Assembly (NCBI GenBank): GCA_002507175.1
Contig: DAZE01000012.1
Coordinates: 25,134 to 89,133, forward strand
DNA: 64,000 bases
Origin: Euryarchaeota archaeon UBA558
Lineage (GTDB): Archaea > Thermoplasmatota > Poseidoniia > Poseidoniales > Thalassarchaeaceae
Reading direction: 5' to 3'
Shown: in pieces, positions 19,505 through 28,433 of the stretch
Layout of the letters: each line of letters begins with the position of its first letter
Position numbering within the stretch: position 1 is the stretch's first letter
Position numbers and translations under genes: made by a program
Notes under the pieces: model-generated
Told to the model about the DNA's origin: nothing
The model's input: the letters and a program-made list of their open reading frames with translations, nothing else
Database searches by the model: none

Positions 19505-20488
19505 TCAATTAGGTTTGAACTCTGTTGACCACTTACGGGAAATTCGTTGTCCTCCGGAAACGATTTTTTCGTGTCGCTCAAGCCAGGCGGATGGACGATA
19601 AGTCAGCATCTTCTTGTGTAACCTACCTCCTCTGATATCCTCAGGAATGCAAGTCTTGCCCGATGCCATCTCTATGTCAAGAGCCCGATCTAGATCGGTC
19701 GCATTCCGGTTCATCCATCTGAAAAGTGGTTCTGAGGCACGAGTCAGTGCATAGAATGCGATGAGTATCGTCATGAATGTGGCAACCTGCCCCCCTGCAC
19801 CATAGGACGAGAGGGATGCAGAGGCGACAAAACCTATCATGAAAACGAATGGTGCGATTATGAAAAACAGAAAATACGTTTGGGTTACAGGTTTCTGATT
19901 TCGAAACTTGCTTATATTCTTCCATTTTTGGTCGTTAGGGTCCTGCGGCCTGAAAATATCGCCTTTCTTTTTTTTCATTGCATCATTCAAATTTCTTCGG
20001 ACGTCCTCCAATCTCCTCTTTTGTGAAGTGGATAGCGATGATCCTTCAAGCGATAATATCTGATCAGAAACTTGCGATGCCATATCGTAATCGCCGTATC
20101 TGGCCAAAATAGAGGCCTGCTCGATAAGCGGAACCGGTGATTCTGGATTCACGTCCCTGTAATTCGACCACCATTCGAGGGCGTCTTCCAACATTCCAAG
20201 GTGATCAACAAGTATCAGGCCCCCTAATGCCCAGGCCTCATCCATGGAAGGATCGCATTCAACCGCCGATCTGAGACATCTTAGGGCATTCGCGGACTGA
20301 GAAAGGGTTGGATCAATCGGCTTACCACGGCTTCTGGGAGGTAAATTGAGGTCTGCTGCCTCGACCCAGAGTAGAGCGTTATCAGAATCTTCTTCCAGTG
20401 CGTTTTCAATTATCTGGAGAGAATCCTCTCGAGACTCGTTATTCCTGACTTCTGAAATCCATTCCGAGTTATGCTCCCGGTCAGCCAT
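19505..20488 (-). CDS. TPR-like repeat protein with two TM helices
   Basis: The N-terminal ~190 aa are helical repeats (ALLWVEAADL.., DEAWALGGLIL.., LIEQASILARYGDYDMA). Two hydrophobic helices follow (YFLFFIIAPFVFMIGFVASA, VATFMTILIAFYAL). Function unknown. Confidence 0.6.
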   Translation of the reverse strand: MADREHNSEWISEVRNNESREDSLQIIENALEEDSDNALLWVEAADLNLPPRSRGKPIDPTLSQSANALRCLRSAVECDPSMDEAWALGGLILVDHLGMLEDALEWWSNYRDVNPESPVPLIEQASILARYGDYDMASQVSDQILSLEGSSLSTSQKRRLEDVRRNLNDAMKKKKGDIFRPQDPNDQKWKNISKFRNQKPVTQTYFLFFIIAPFVFMIGFVASASLSSYGAGGQVATFMTILIAFYALTRASEPLFRWMNRNATDLDRALDIEMASGKTCIPEDIRGGRLHKKMLTYRPSAWLERHEKIVSGGQRISRKWSTEFKPN

Positions 20489-20523
20489 CGTTTCGCGGAG
20501 ACAAGCACATACGATGAATCCTC

Positions 20524-21144
20524 CTATCTCTGAGGTTTCCTGCGGGCTCTCTTCCTTCCTCTATCTGACTGATTGTATGAGCTCTTTTGTGTTTTCTTGC
20601 CCCCTGATGAGCGCCTCTTATTTTTGGGATTGGATCCCCTGCCATACTTCTTGTAAACAGATTGCCTATCCTTGATTCCTATATCGGAACTATGGTTCTC
20701 GTTCGTCCTTCTGGCTTCCGACCTCCTCTCGCCACAATTCGTACATCTTCCTGTTCTGGAGTTCAAGGTCCTGCATTTGCCACAAACCCATGTTGGGAGG
20801 ACTCTGTTCGACGTTCCATTTTTTCTTCGATTAGCCTTCTTCCCAATCGCCTTTGGGATACGATTTCTGGAACCTCGCTCCCCCTGATCCCCAAATCTTC
20901 CTTTCTTATTTGCAGATCTAAAAATCTCTACAGGTGCGCCAGTTGCTGAGGCAGGGTCTATGCTTTTAGATAGAACGACGTGAATTAACCCGGAATTGAC
21001 GCTTCCGATCACAGAATCAACACGTCCAATCTTCTGGCCCCCCTCAATCTGCACCGCCCAACCCAAACCTGGGGGCCTTCCCTCAAAATTGACCAATAGG
21101 CCACCGAGATGGGACATTGAAACTATGCGGCCTCTGACGGTCAT
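20524..21144 (-). CDS. gar1: Gar1-like H/ACA RNP protein with an added zinc ribbon and a Lys/Arg-rich tail
   Basis: The N-terminal 70 aa (RGRIVSMSHLGGLLVNFEGRPPGLGWAVQIEGGQKIGRVDSVIGSVNSGLIHVVL) align by eye with the archaeal Gar1 barrel (G.v.h...g.l.v....P.l...V.....iG.V.dvfGpv..py..v). They are followed by WVCGKCRTLNSRTGRCTNCG and a basic tail. Confidence 0.55.
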   Translation of the reverse strand: MTVRGRIVSMSHLGGLLVNFEGRPPGLGWAVQIEGGQKIGRVDSVIGSVNSGLIHVVLSKSIDPASATGAPVEIFRSANKKGRFGDQGERGSRNRIPKAIGKKANRRKNGTSNRVLPTWVCGKCRTLNSRTGRCTNCGERRSEARRTNENHSSDIGIKDRQSVYKKYGRGSNPKNKRRSSGGKKTQKSSYNQSDRGRKRARRKPQR

Positions 21145-23189
21145 GGTGCCCCCCGGTGACCCCTTCCATACATGAATGCAGCAGCAAGAATACCTATCGA
21201 GGAGGAATAAATTGGGAATGGAACAAACCCCACACCGTCATCATCTCCTTGCACCGGTTCCTCTCCTGGGATATCGGATGTCAATGCTAAGGTGGAATTA
21301 ACGCTACTTTCAGCAATTGCGCACATTCCTGATGTATCGCATCCACGAACGGAAACCGTATGGGGGCCGACGTCAAACAATCTAAAGTCAATAGGCCCAA
21401 CAGACCATGAGTTACCAAACGCTTGAACGGTTCCAATATTTGTCCCGTCAATGTACATAGTAAACGTCACATCTTCCCCATCCGGGTCGCTGAACATTCC
21501 GTTCATCTCCCATTCCGTCCCGGTCCATTTGGTCTCAAGGATTGACAAAATTGGAGGGGATCCTATCTTTTGAAGCACGATTTCACTCCTCTCTGAGCGG
21601 TCGTAAACCCCCTCTCCTGAATATTTGAACCAGACACCGAGGGGCCCGGGTGTTGCTATTCTGGCATCCCCAGAAAAGATAAGTTCTGTGACAGAGTCCG
21701 AAGAATTCAATATGATGGCCTCTTCATAAAAACTCGGACCACTGCCAGACCACTCGATGCCTATGGAAAGACCTACTTGAAGAAACTCTCCGTTTGATGG
21801 GTTTACTGTGTTTATTTCACTCAAGATTAAATCCAGGTCATCTAAAATGTCGAGGGATTCAGACTGGGCGCTCACCGAGAATCCTTTCATGATGTGAAAA
21901 TCGCGAACAGATGTAGATTGACCGGAGGCATCCTCCGCTGAACACGAAATAACGTTGTAATCGGAGTCACGTTCCATCGATACCACAATCGCTCTAGATT
22001 CAGTTACAAGATTGGTGTTGGACCCATTCTCTCGGCAAATCAAATCTAAGGATGACACCGCATCTTCGTCAGAGAACCAACTTGCGATTTCGTTCCATTC
22101 CGCGACTAGAACCATAGTGGACTCCAAAGTCGATGCCATCGAGCTGTAAATCCATGTAGTGCCATTTGCCGGCGCAGTTGAGGTCCAAATAGGACTTTCA
22201 TCTGTCGGAGGTTGGATAGTTGTCAAGTCAAAGAATAAGTCCTCTCCTGCGGGCCAGAAGGAACTAGGCCTATCCGGCATGATTGTGAGTACCATCCCTC
22301 CTTGTTCATCATACCCTGCGGTAGCCACTGAGGATCCATCACCAATGCAGGAACCTCTGATTGGAGTTGGAGAGCCCCCGTTAAGGAGATCTCTTCCCTC
22401 ACACTCTTCGAACATTGAGAGCCGCATGCCCTCGACATAAGGCGCGTTAACGGTGTAAGTCGCTCTTGAAATGTTTGAAGTATTCATAGCCAGAGTCAGG
22501 GTTTCGAGTGATTGTATGTTGTGTAAATCCACGGTGCCACTCAACATTAGTTCTATTCTACACTCGTCTGGATTATTGGCGTCAGTGTCACAATCCCTAG
22601 ACTCACCCGGTGCAACAGGGACTTCATAGCAATTGGTACTACCAAAGGTGTTGCATGATCGGACCGACTCGTGTCGTTCTGGGACCATATTCCATTCAGC
22701 GATTGAGACGCCATCTTCTACCCATGTGGCATTCCTCCAGTCTACTGCCGGACCGCCTCGGTGATACTCTCCATCCCTGACTCCTACTCTTGTCATTGTA
22801 TATTCTACGCAATCTGCTGCCACGGATCGAACTGCTTCTCTCTCATCGGATGAAAGCCATCCATCCCCTCCACTCGGTATCAGCCCATCAAGCAGGTCGT
22901 CCAAAAATGTCCGAAAGTCATCTGCCATGGTTCCGTTTATCCATGCTAATGCCTCTATCTGTGCAGTTCGCCAATTATCTGCCACTGTGACGTTAAAATC
23001 AGCCCATGTGTAAGTAAAAACATCTTCAAAAGAACTCTTGGAACACTGCGCCTCGAAGGAGGTGCCTCCTCCAAATTGACTCATTACTATGGATTCATCT
23101 TGCAGATTGGGACGATTTTCAATCCCAGCACTATTTACCCCAAGAAGAAACATAATCGCAATGATTGCTAGCGTAGGACTCCTGCCCAT
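21141..23189 (-). CDS. Secreted/cell-surface protein with a C-terminal anchor
   Basis: Signal peptide LAIIAIMFLLGVNSAG. Cys-containing acidic body. Ig-like C-terminal domain. Terminal GFVPFPIYSSSIGILAAAFMYGRGHRGAP (motif, TM helix, basic end). 4-nt overlap with the gar1-like gene. Confidence 0.65.
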   Translation of the reverse strand: MGRSPTLAIIAIMFLLGVNSAGIENRPNLQDESIVMSQFGGGTSFEAQCSKSSFEDVFTYTWADFNVTVADNWRTAQIEALAWINGTMADDFRTFLDDLLDGLIPSGGDGWLSSDEREAVRSVAADCVEYTMTRVGVRDGEYHRGGPAVDWRNATWVEDGVSIAEWNMVPERHESVRSCNTFGSTNCYEVPVAPGESRDCDTDANNPDECRIELMLSGTVDLHNIQSLETLTLAMNTSNISRATYTVNAPYVEGMRLSMFEECEGRDLLNGGSPTPIRGSCIGDGSSVATAGYDEQGGMVLTIMPDRPSSFWPAGEDLFFDLTTIQPPTDESPIWTSTAPANGTTWIYSSMASTLESTMVLVAEWNEIASWFSDEDAVSSLDLICRENGSNTNLVTESRAIVVSMERDSDYNVISCSAEDASGQSTSVRDFHIMKGFSVSAQSESLDILDDLDLILSEINTVNPSNGEFLQVGLSIGIEWSGSGPSFYEEAIILNSSDSVTELIFSGDARIATPGPLGVWFKYSGEGVYDRSERSEIVLQKIGSPPILSILETKWTGTEWEMNGMFSDPDGEDVTFTMYIDGTNIGTVQAFGNSWSVGPIDFRLFDVGPHTVSVRGCDTSGMCAIAESSVNSTLALTSDIPGEEPVQGDDDGVGFVPFPIYSSSIGILAAAFMYGRGHRGAP

Positions 23190-23327
23190 GGTGATGCAAG
23201 CCCCCCCTTACACTTCACTCTATGTCTTACGAGACGGAACGCATGAATGCCAATCAGGCTTTGGCATGAACAAAACAAGACCCCATTCCCACCAGATCCA
23301 AATAGAGGATTAGGCGACCCTAAATTA

Positions 23328-24047
23328 ATGGCAACCACGGGAGCTAGTGATGTAGTAGTCCATTTGGATGGGGTTGCCATCGGTTATGACAAGAACAAGC
23401 CATTGGCTGAAATCCCATCCTTGAAGATAAAAAACGGTGAGATTCTAGCAATCGCTGGCCCGTCAGGAATTGGCAAGTCGACACTCGTAAAGACAATCGC
23501 CGGCTTGGTTAGACCGCTTGCTGGCGATATTGAAGTGTGTGGTGTTATGGCACCTCGCAGGCCAGTGAGAGGGCAGTTAGGATACATACCACAACGATTG
23601 GGACTAATTCGCCATGCAAGCGTCTTCCACAATGTATTAATCGGCTCCCGTGCAAAATTCTGCGGCCCCCTAGATTTTTTTGCTTCTAAACAAGCGAAGG
23701 AATGGGCCAAGAAAGCGATTGAACAAATGGGGTTGGAGCATAAGACCTGGGAACCAATCAGGCGTTTATCCGGAGGAGAACAGAGGAGAGTCGCCACCGC
23801 TAGAACCCTCGCTCAAAGACCAAAATTAATCCTTGCTGATGAGTTCTTGAGTGAGTTGGACGAGGAAACAATGTCGAAAGTTGCGAACTCAGTTGTTGAG
23901 TATTCTCAGCAGGAAGGGGCTGCAGTAGTATTGATTGAGCATGACATCAGCCGGGCGAGAAGTATAGCTGACAGACTAGTTGTGATGGACGACGGGCGAC
24001 TAAACCCATTCCTATCAGAAACAAAAACTTTGGAGGTCAAGCTGTGA
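23328..24047 (+). CDS. phnC: ABC transporter ATP-binding protein, phosphonate (PhnC) type
   Basis: Walker A GPSGIGKST, signature LSGGEQRRV, Walker B LILADEF. The call is supported by the adjacent PhnE-type permease. The track ORF opens at 23247; ATG at 23328 (MATTGASDVVVHLDG). Confidence 0.8.
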   Translation: MATTGASDVVVHLDGVAIGYDKNKPLAEIPSLKIKNGEILAIAGPSGIGKSTLVKTIAGLVRPLAGDIEVCGVMAPRRPVRGQLGYIPQRLGLIRHASVFHNVLIGSRAKFCGPLDFFASKQAKEWAKKAIEQMGLEHKTWEPIRRLSGGEQRRVATARTLAQRPKLILADEFLSELDEETMSKVANSVVEYSQQEGAAVVLIEHDISRARSIADRLVVMDDGRLNPFLSETKTLEVKL

Positions 24048-24919
24048 CGAGAATGATTCGTGTCAATCCAGGACTTGTGTTATTTTCCTGTTTTTTCCTT
24101 GCAATATATCTGATGATTGGATCAGTGGAGGATTGGGGGCGACTTTCAAACGGATTGGGGAATCTGAGAATCTTCTTTTTCGAGTCTTTATGGCCTCCGG
24201 ATTGGAGTATTTTTGAGCCAAGACTGTACCCTGATTGCCAAGCACCAGGAGGACTATCAATAACGTGCTCGACAGCATGGATTGGTATGACAGAAACTCT
24301 GAAAATTGCCTTTATATCAACTGTTTTCGGGATGGTGATATCACTGCCCCTTTCCTTGTTAGCTGCAAACAACATAAGTACCCCGGGACTTTCGGTAGCC
24401 ACGCGGTTTCTGCTCGCATCACTGAGGAGCCTACCTTCAATAATATGGGCAATATTCTTTGTTATTCTGATAGGTTTCGGACCAATATCCGGCATCTTTG
24501 CGATGACTGTTTACACCGTGGGTTATCTCGGCAAACTTCAGTATGAGGCAATCGAGGGCATGAGTAGCCTCCCATTGGAAGCCGCTGAAGCTGCCGGCTT
24601 AGGTAGAATCGAGAAAACAATCAATATCGTTATTCCAGAATCTGCGAATGATTTGATTTCCCAGGCTATCTTCATGTTCGAATACAACGTTCGTCACGGT
24701 TCAGTCATAGGCATAGTCGGAGCAGGAGGAATAGGGTATTACATCGATCTATATCTTGGATTCTTGGTCTACGACAAAGTCATTGCATATCTCATTCTAG
24801 TGTTTATCGTGGTATTGGTAATTGACTCGATATCGGTTTACATAAGGTCATTTTTCACAGACGATAGGCCCACCAAGAAACCTACTTGGCAGTCAGTGTT
24901 TCTGCCAACATGGAAATAA
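24044..24919 (+). CDS. phnE: Phosphonate ABC transporter permease (PhnE type)
   Basis: EAAEAAGLGRIEKTINIVIPESANDLISQAIFMFEYNVRHGSVIGIVGAGGIGY matches the PhnE signature EAA..GA...P......f..N.R.a.v.G.VGAGGIG. GTGA overlap with the phnC stop. Confidence 0.8.
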   Translation: MTRMIRVNPGLVLFSCFFLAIYLMIGSVEDWGRLSNGLGNLRIFFFESLWPPDWSIFEPRLYPDCQAPGGLSITCSTAWIGMTETLKIAFISTVFGMVISLPLSLLAANNISTPGLSVATRFLLASLRSLPSIIWAIFFVILIGFGPISGIFAMTVYTVGYLGKLQYEAIEGMSSLPLEAAEAAGLGRIEKTINIVIPESANDLISQAIFMFEYNVRHGSVIGIVGAGGIGYYIDLYLGFLVYDKVIAYLILVFIVVLVIDSISVYIRSFFTDDRPTKKPTWQSVFLPTWK

Positions 24920-24935
24920 GTGTGAGGCAACAGAG

Positions 24936-25940
24936 TTACATTGACTCGACCATTTTTCTGACTGATTCCTCTGGGGATATCTCACCGTCCAATAGGTCGC
25001 ATAGGGAACTTAAGAATGGCGTATTCCATCCATTTCTATCCGCGGTATCGGCAAACATCCTCGCAGCGCGGACGCCCTCGGCAACCATGGTCATCTCGTC
25101 CAAAGCCTGTCCTAGACTCTTTCCTTGCCCCAATTTCTCTCCCAGAGTCCTGTTCCTGCTGCGAGGGCTCGTTGATGTGACATACAGATCTCCTATCCCC
25201 GCGGGCCCAAAAGCCGTATCGGGGCTGGCGCCCATCTTTGATAACAAGAATCTCCCCTCATTGAAACCTGCCTGAACTAAGGCCGCTTTCAGGTTGTCAC
25301 CTCCAATTGAGTCCCTCAAACCATCAACTATGCCGCATGCTAGTGCCACAGTGTTCTTGTAAGCCCCCCATAACTCTGCTCCGACAGGATCGTCTGCAGA
25401 GGTCAAAATAAGGGTCTTCGTTGACAACCTTTGAGCTATTTTCATTGCTACAGAATCATCATCACATGCGACCAGGGCGCTGGTAACTACTCCTCTTGCC
25501 ACCTCAGGAGCAATTGTTGGCCCCGTCAAGACCAGAACTGGGTTTGATTTGCCCTTTGATTTCAATTTCTGCTCAATAGCATTTGATATCATACCATCCT
25601 CACTTGCCTCTTCAGGTGCTAGACCCTTTGCGAGATCCAGTATGACATGGGAAGGCCTCAAATCCGGCAATACCAAGTCAATTACCTCTAATATTACTCC
25701 GCTAGGGAGTGCGAAGACGAGGATCTCAGAACTATCCAATATGTCCCCATGTGCCATGGTGGCCTGTAAATTTGGCATTTCTACGCCTGGTAGATATTTA
25801 TGATTGATGGATTCCATCATGAGTGACTCGTAAACGTCGTTTTCTATGGTCCAACCAATGACGGTGTGACCATCTTCGCTCCAAATCTTCGCTAAGGCAG
25901 TGCCCCAGTTTCCCATGCCAAATATCCCAATGCGCGCCAT
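24936..25940 (-). CDS. gpsA: NAD(P)H-dependent sn-glycerol-3-phosphate dehydrogenase (GpsA type)
   Basis: MARIGIFGMGNWGTALA (Rossmann fold), LTGPTIAPEVA, YKNTVALACGI and RNRTLGEKLGQGKSL match the GpsA family along the full length. Confidence 0.85.
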   Translation of the reverse strand: MARIGIFGMGNWGTALAKIWSEDGHTVIGWTIENDVYESLMMESINHKYLPGVEMPNLQATMAHGDILDSSEILVFALPSGVILEVIDLVLPDLRPSHVILDLAKGLAPEEASEDGMISNAIEQKLKSKGKSNPVLVLTGPTIAPEVARGVVTSALVACDDDSVAMKIAQRLSTKTLILTSADDPVGAELWGAYKNTVALACGIVDGLRDSIGGDNLKAALVQAGFNEGRFLLSKMGASPDTAFGPAGIGDLYVTSTSPRSRNRTLGEKLGQGKSLGQALDEMTMVAEGVRAARMFADTADRNGWNTPFLSSLCDLLDGEISPEESVRKMVESM

Positions 25941-26130
25941 GGAACCACCGATGACAGTCCGCGGTACGAATCTGTTATGACCTTGATGGGGGATTTCAAG
26001 AGGCCAATGGGGTAATCTGCCCTAGTTTAGCTGACCAAATTGATTCGAACCCCAAATAATCGATCATAAATCCAAACCTCAGTTTGGACGTAGTTCAGAT
26101 GAAAGACAAGATAACCCGCTCACGGCATTG

Positions 26131-26138
26131 TAAAATAT
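26131..26138 (+). promoter_or_regulatory. Candidate TATA box for tRNA-Leu
   Basis: TAAAATAT lies 26-33 nt upstream of the mature tRNA 5' end (26164). Confidence 0.4.
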
Positions 26139-26163
26139 GGACGATGGCCCCCATGAAACCAAA

Positions 26164-26248
26164 GCAGGGGTTCCCGAGCGGTCAAAGGGGCTGGGTTTAG
26201 GTCCCAGTGCGTAGTGCTTCGCAGGTTCGAATCCTGTCCCCTGCACCA
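26164..26248 (+). tRNA. tRNA-Leu (anticodon UAG), class II with a long variable arm, 3' CCA encoded
   Basis: Acceptor stem GCAGGGG / CCCCTGC. Anticodon arm CTGGG-TTTAGGT-CCCAG. T arm GCAGG-TTCGAAT-CCTGT. Discriminator A followed by CCA. Confidence 0.9.
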
Positions 26249-26315
26249 CACAAATACTTGCTATTTCTTGGAAATAAGCCAACGGCTTGATCAACTACCT
26301 CCCGAATCGATAACT

Positions 26316-28385
26316 ATGCCATCACGTGGCGAGGCTCATTCATTGGATCTCAACAAGGATGGAAAGGTAGACGTCGGAGATGTGGCCCACATATTCTCCG
26401 AAGCAGAGCGTGTTAGGTTAGACAGAGAATTAGACTCTATTAGAGAGAGAAGACTCGGAGACACCCGCTTCTTCAGATGGGCTGTCGAGGACTACGTACT
26501 CCTATTCGGAGTTGCTTTTGGAGGATTCTTCCTATTGCTGATAGCCACCGCGAGTACTGGTATAATTTCAGGGGAATCAGTTGCAATCGATCAGACTTTG
26601 TCAAAGACCCCGCTGGATAATGGGGGCGAATGTATAGACAAGCAAGGACAGATTTGGCTATCAGTATTCGAAGATCATCACGATCTAAGGATCAGGTCAT
26701 ATAACGTTCCGGAGATTGAAACGGGCATGATCGTCTCGTATACTAACCTAGAGGGGGTTGTTGTAGAGGAGGTCACACGTGGAGTCGGAGATCTGTCCAT
26801 TGCCATAGATGGAGAGAATCTGTTGATAGGGGAACAGATAGTTGCCGTCTCAATACTAAACTTAAGTCACAACCCAGATTCTGATGATGAGAACATCACT
26901 CTAGAATCCACTGAGTTTTTCTCTCAATCCTTTCCGATGGAAGTGGAAAATCGTGTCAAAGGATGGCTTTTTTCCAAGGGAGAGGTCATTGACATTGATC
27001 TGAAGGAAACCGGGCCTCGAGCATGTCTTACCTTCAAAGATCTCGGTGAATGGGGGTGGCTGCTGATGGCAGCTGAATGGGCTGGTGGAAGAGAGACTGC
27101 CATGTTGACTGGTGGGAGCGGAGGCGTTCCTGCTTGGTGGATGGCGTTCGTCTCTCTTGGAATGTCAATCGTATTTCTGTACATCCAATATCCACTGATG
27201 CACAAAATGTATCACCGAGAGGGCGAGGAAGCACTTAACAAAAAACAAGTCAAGAGGCTCATCTCTAGGATCCTAGAAAAATCTGAGAATGAGGCCACGA
27301 TAGAAATCGATTTTGAGCTCCTCAGGATGCAAGAAAGATCGATCTCTATCGACGTTTTTGTCCCCTATGTCCTAAAACCCCGTAGTATCATGACCCCAAC
27401 GGACATAAGATCTATTCTAATGCGAGATCTGCTTTCGGAATTTGCAATTTTTGGAGAGATGAGGCCACTTCAACTCAGGGTACAATCAATCAATGCAATA
27501 AAGACAGGGGAGCAAATACTCTTGGGCGAAGACCTGACCATTGAGGGGTTCGATCCAACAATCATTGTCGATGATTACAGGCCCTTTTTCGAATCCATAT
27601 CTATCGTTGGGACCATAGAAGATTCTGCGAGGCCAGTGATCCAAGAGTTACTGGACGAATATGATCTCGCGGACGAAGGAACCCTCGTTTCTGCAGACGA
27701 TAACGCGGTGTATGTCAGGATGATATACAGGCCACGAGTAAGATTTAGTTATTTTTTGTTCCCACGAAACTTCATTGAGATAGAAAATAGTCTCTCTGAC
27801 AGACTAAAGAAAGGGCTTTCGAGCCTATTGGAAGGTAGAAAAGTGATTGTCAGCGCCAGAAATTTAAGACGTACCTTGGCCGATCAAGCAGTGGCTGGTA
27901 GGGTAGAGCAAGGAGGCTCAAACTTTGCAGGAGAGGCACTAGTTGCAAAACAACCTGGAATTACGGGGACACTCCTCCAAACTGTGGGAGGAGACATCCT
28001 TTCCAGTGTGGAGTACGTAGCCCAGAGGAATAGAAATAGAATTGATAAATATGGATTTTGGGGACTGATATTTTTCGTTTGGATACCATTCATGGCAAGT
28101 GGCGTGCTCGTTGGGGCTATGCTAGGGTTGGTCGCAAGGATGAGGTTTGAGAGAGTGCTACTGGCAACTACGATCGGAGGCACAGCAGCATCAATAACCT
28201 GGGCTTACACCGCCCGAGGGATAATTGAGTTCATGGAGAGATATCAGGCTGAGGTTCTCATACCCTTCCTAATAGGGCTAGTTTTCCTATTCACATTCTT
28301 CCATCTTAGGAGAAATAAAAGGCTGAGGAGAGAGGAACTCTTCAGAGAATCAATGTCATTTTTCAATAGAGTTTCACTGGATTAG
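26316..28385 (+). CDS. Uncharacterised 690-aa polytopic membrane protein with an N-terminal EF-hand-like loop
   Basis: ATG at 26316; the track start at 26214 lies inside tRNA-Leu. Has a DLNKDGKVDVGD Ca-loop-like motif, a TM helix at about aa 60-85, further TM helices mid-protein, a ~290-aa soluble region and a C-terminal TM bundle. That bundle (WGLIFFVWIPFMASGVLVGAMLGLV) loosely recalls small multidrug-export (COG2426-like) proteins. Confidence 0.6.
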   Translation: MPSRGEAHSLDLNKDGKVDVGDVAHIFSEAERVRLDRELDSIRERRLGDTRFFRWAVEDYVLLFGVAFGGFFLLLIATASTGIISGESVAIDQTLSKTPLDNGGECIDKQGQIWLSVFEDHHDLRIRSYNVPEIETGMIVSYTNLEGVVVEEVTRGVGDLSIAIDGENLLIGEQIVAVSILNLSHNPDSDDENITLESTEFFSQSFPMEVENRVKGWLFSKGEVIDIDLKETGPRACLTFKDLGEWGWLLMAAEWAGGRETAMLTGGSGGVPAWWMAFVSLGMSIVFLYIQYPLMHKMYHREGEEALNKKQVKRLISRILEKSENEATIEIDFELLRMQERSISIDVFVPYVLKPRSIMTPTDIRSILMRDLLSEFAIFGEMRPLQLRVQSINAIKTGEQILLGEDLTIEGFDPTIIVDDYRPFFESISIVGTIEDSARPVIQELLDEYDLADEGTLVSADDNAVYVRMIYRPRVRFSYFLFPRNFIEIENSLSDRLKKGLSSLLEGRKVIVSARNLRRTLADQAVAGRVEQGGSNFAGEALVAKQPGITGTLLQTVGGDILSSVEYVAQRNRNRIDKYGFWGLIFFVWIPFMASGVLVGAMLGLVARMRFERVLLATTIGGTAASITWAYTARGIIEFMERYQAEVLIPFLIGLVFLFTFFHLRRNKRLRREELFRESMSFFNRVSLD

Positions 28386-28433
28386 AATACGCACCATTTA
28401 TAGTAGATTTAAATCTGAGATTTTCAATAACCT

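Noticed and set aside
26042-26053. GATTCGAACCCC, the reverse complement of a T-arm-like GGGGTTCGAATC, ~110 nt upstream of tRNA-Leu. It could be a tRNA remnant or an att site.
   Set aside because: No acceptor, D or anticodon arms can be folded around it. It shares only 10 nt with the tRNA-Leu T arm and is in the opposite orientation. About 0.1 such matches are expected by chance in this window.
25941-26163. A C/D-box sRNA or other ncRNA in the 223-nt gap between gpsA and tRNA-Leu.
   Set aside because: Only degenerate box-like strings are present (TTGATGG, one CTGA). There is no C'/D' pair and no terminal stem. This is not supportable by eye.
26214-26315. The N-terminal 34 codons of track ORF 26214-28385, and minus-strand ORF 26079-26294.
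   Set aside because: Both overlap the well-folded tRNA-Leu (26164-26248). The protein start was moved to the ATG at 26316.
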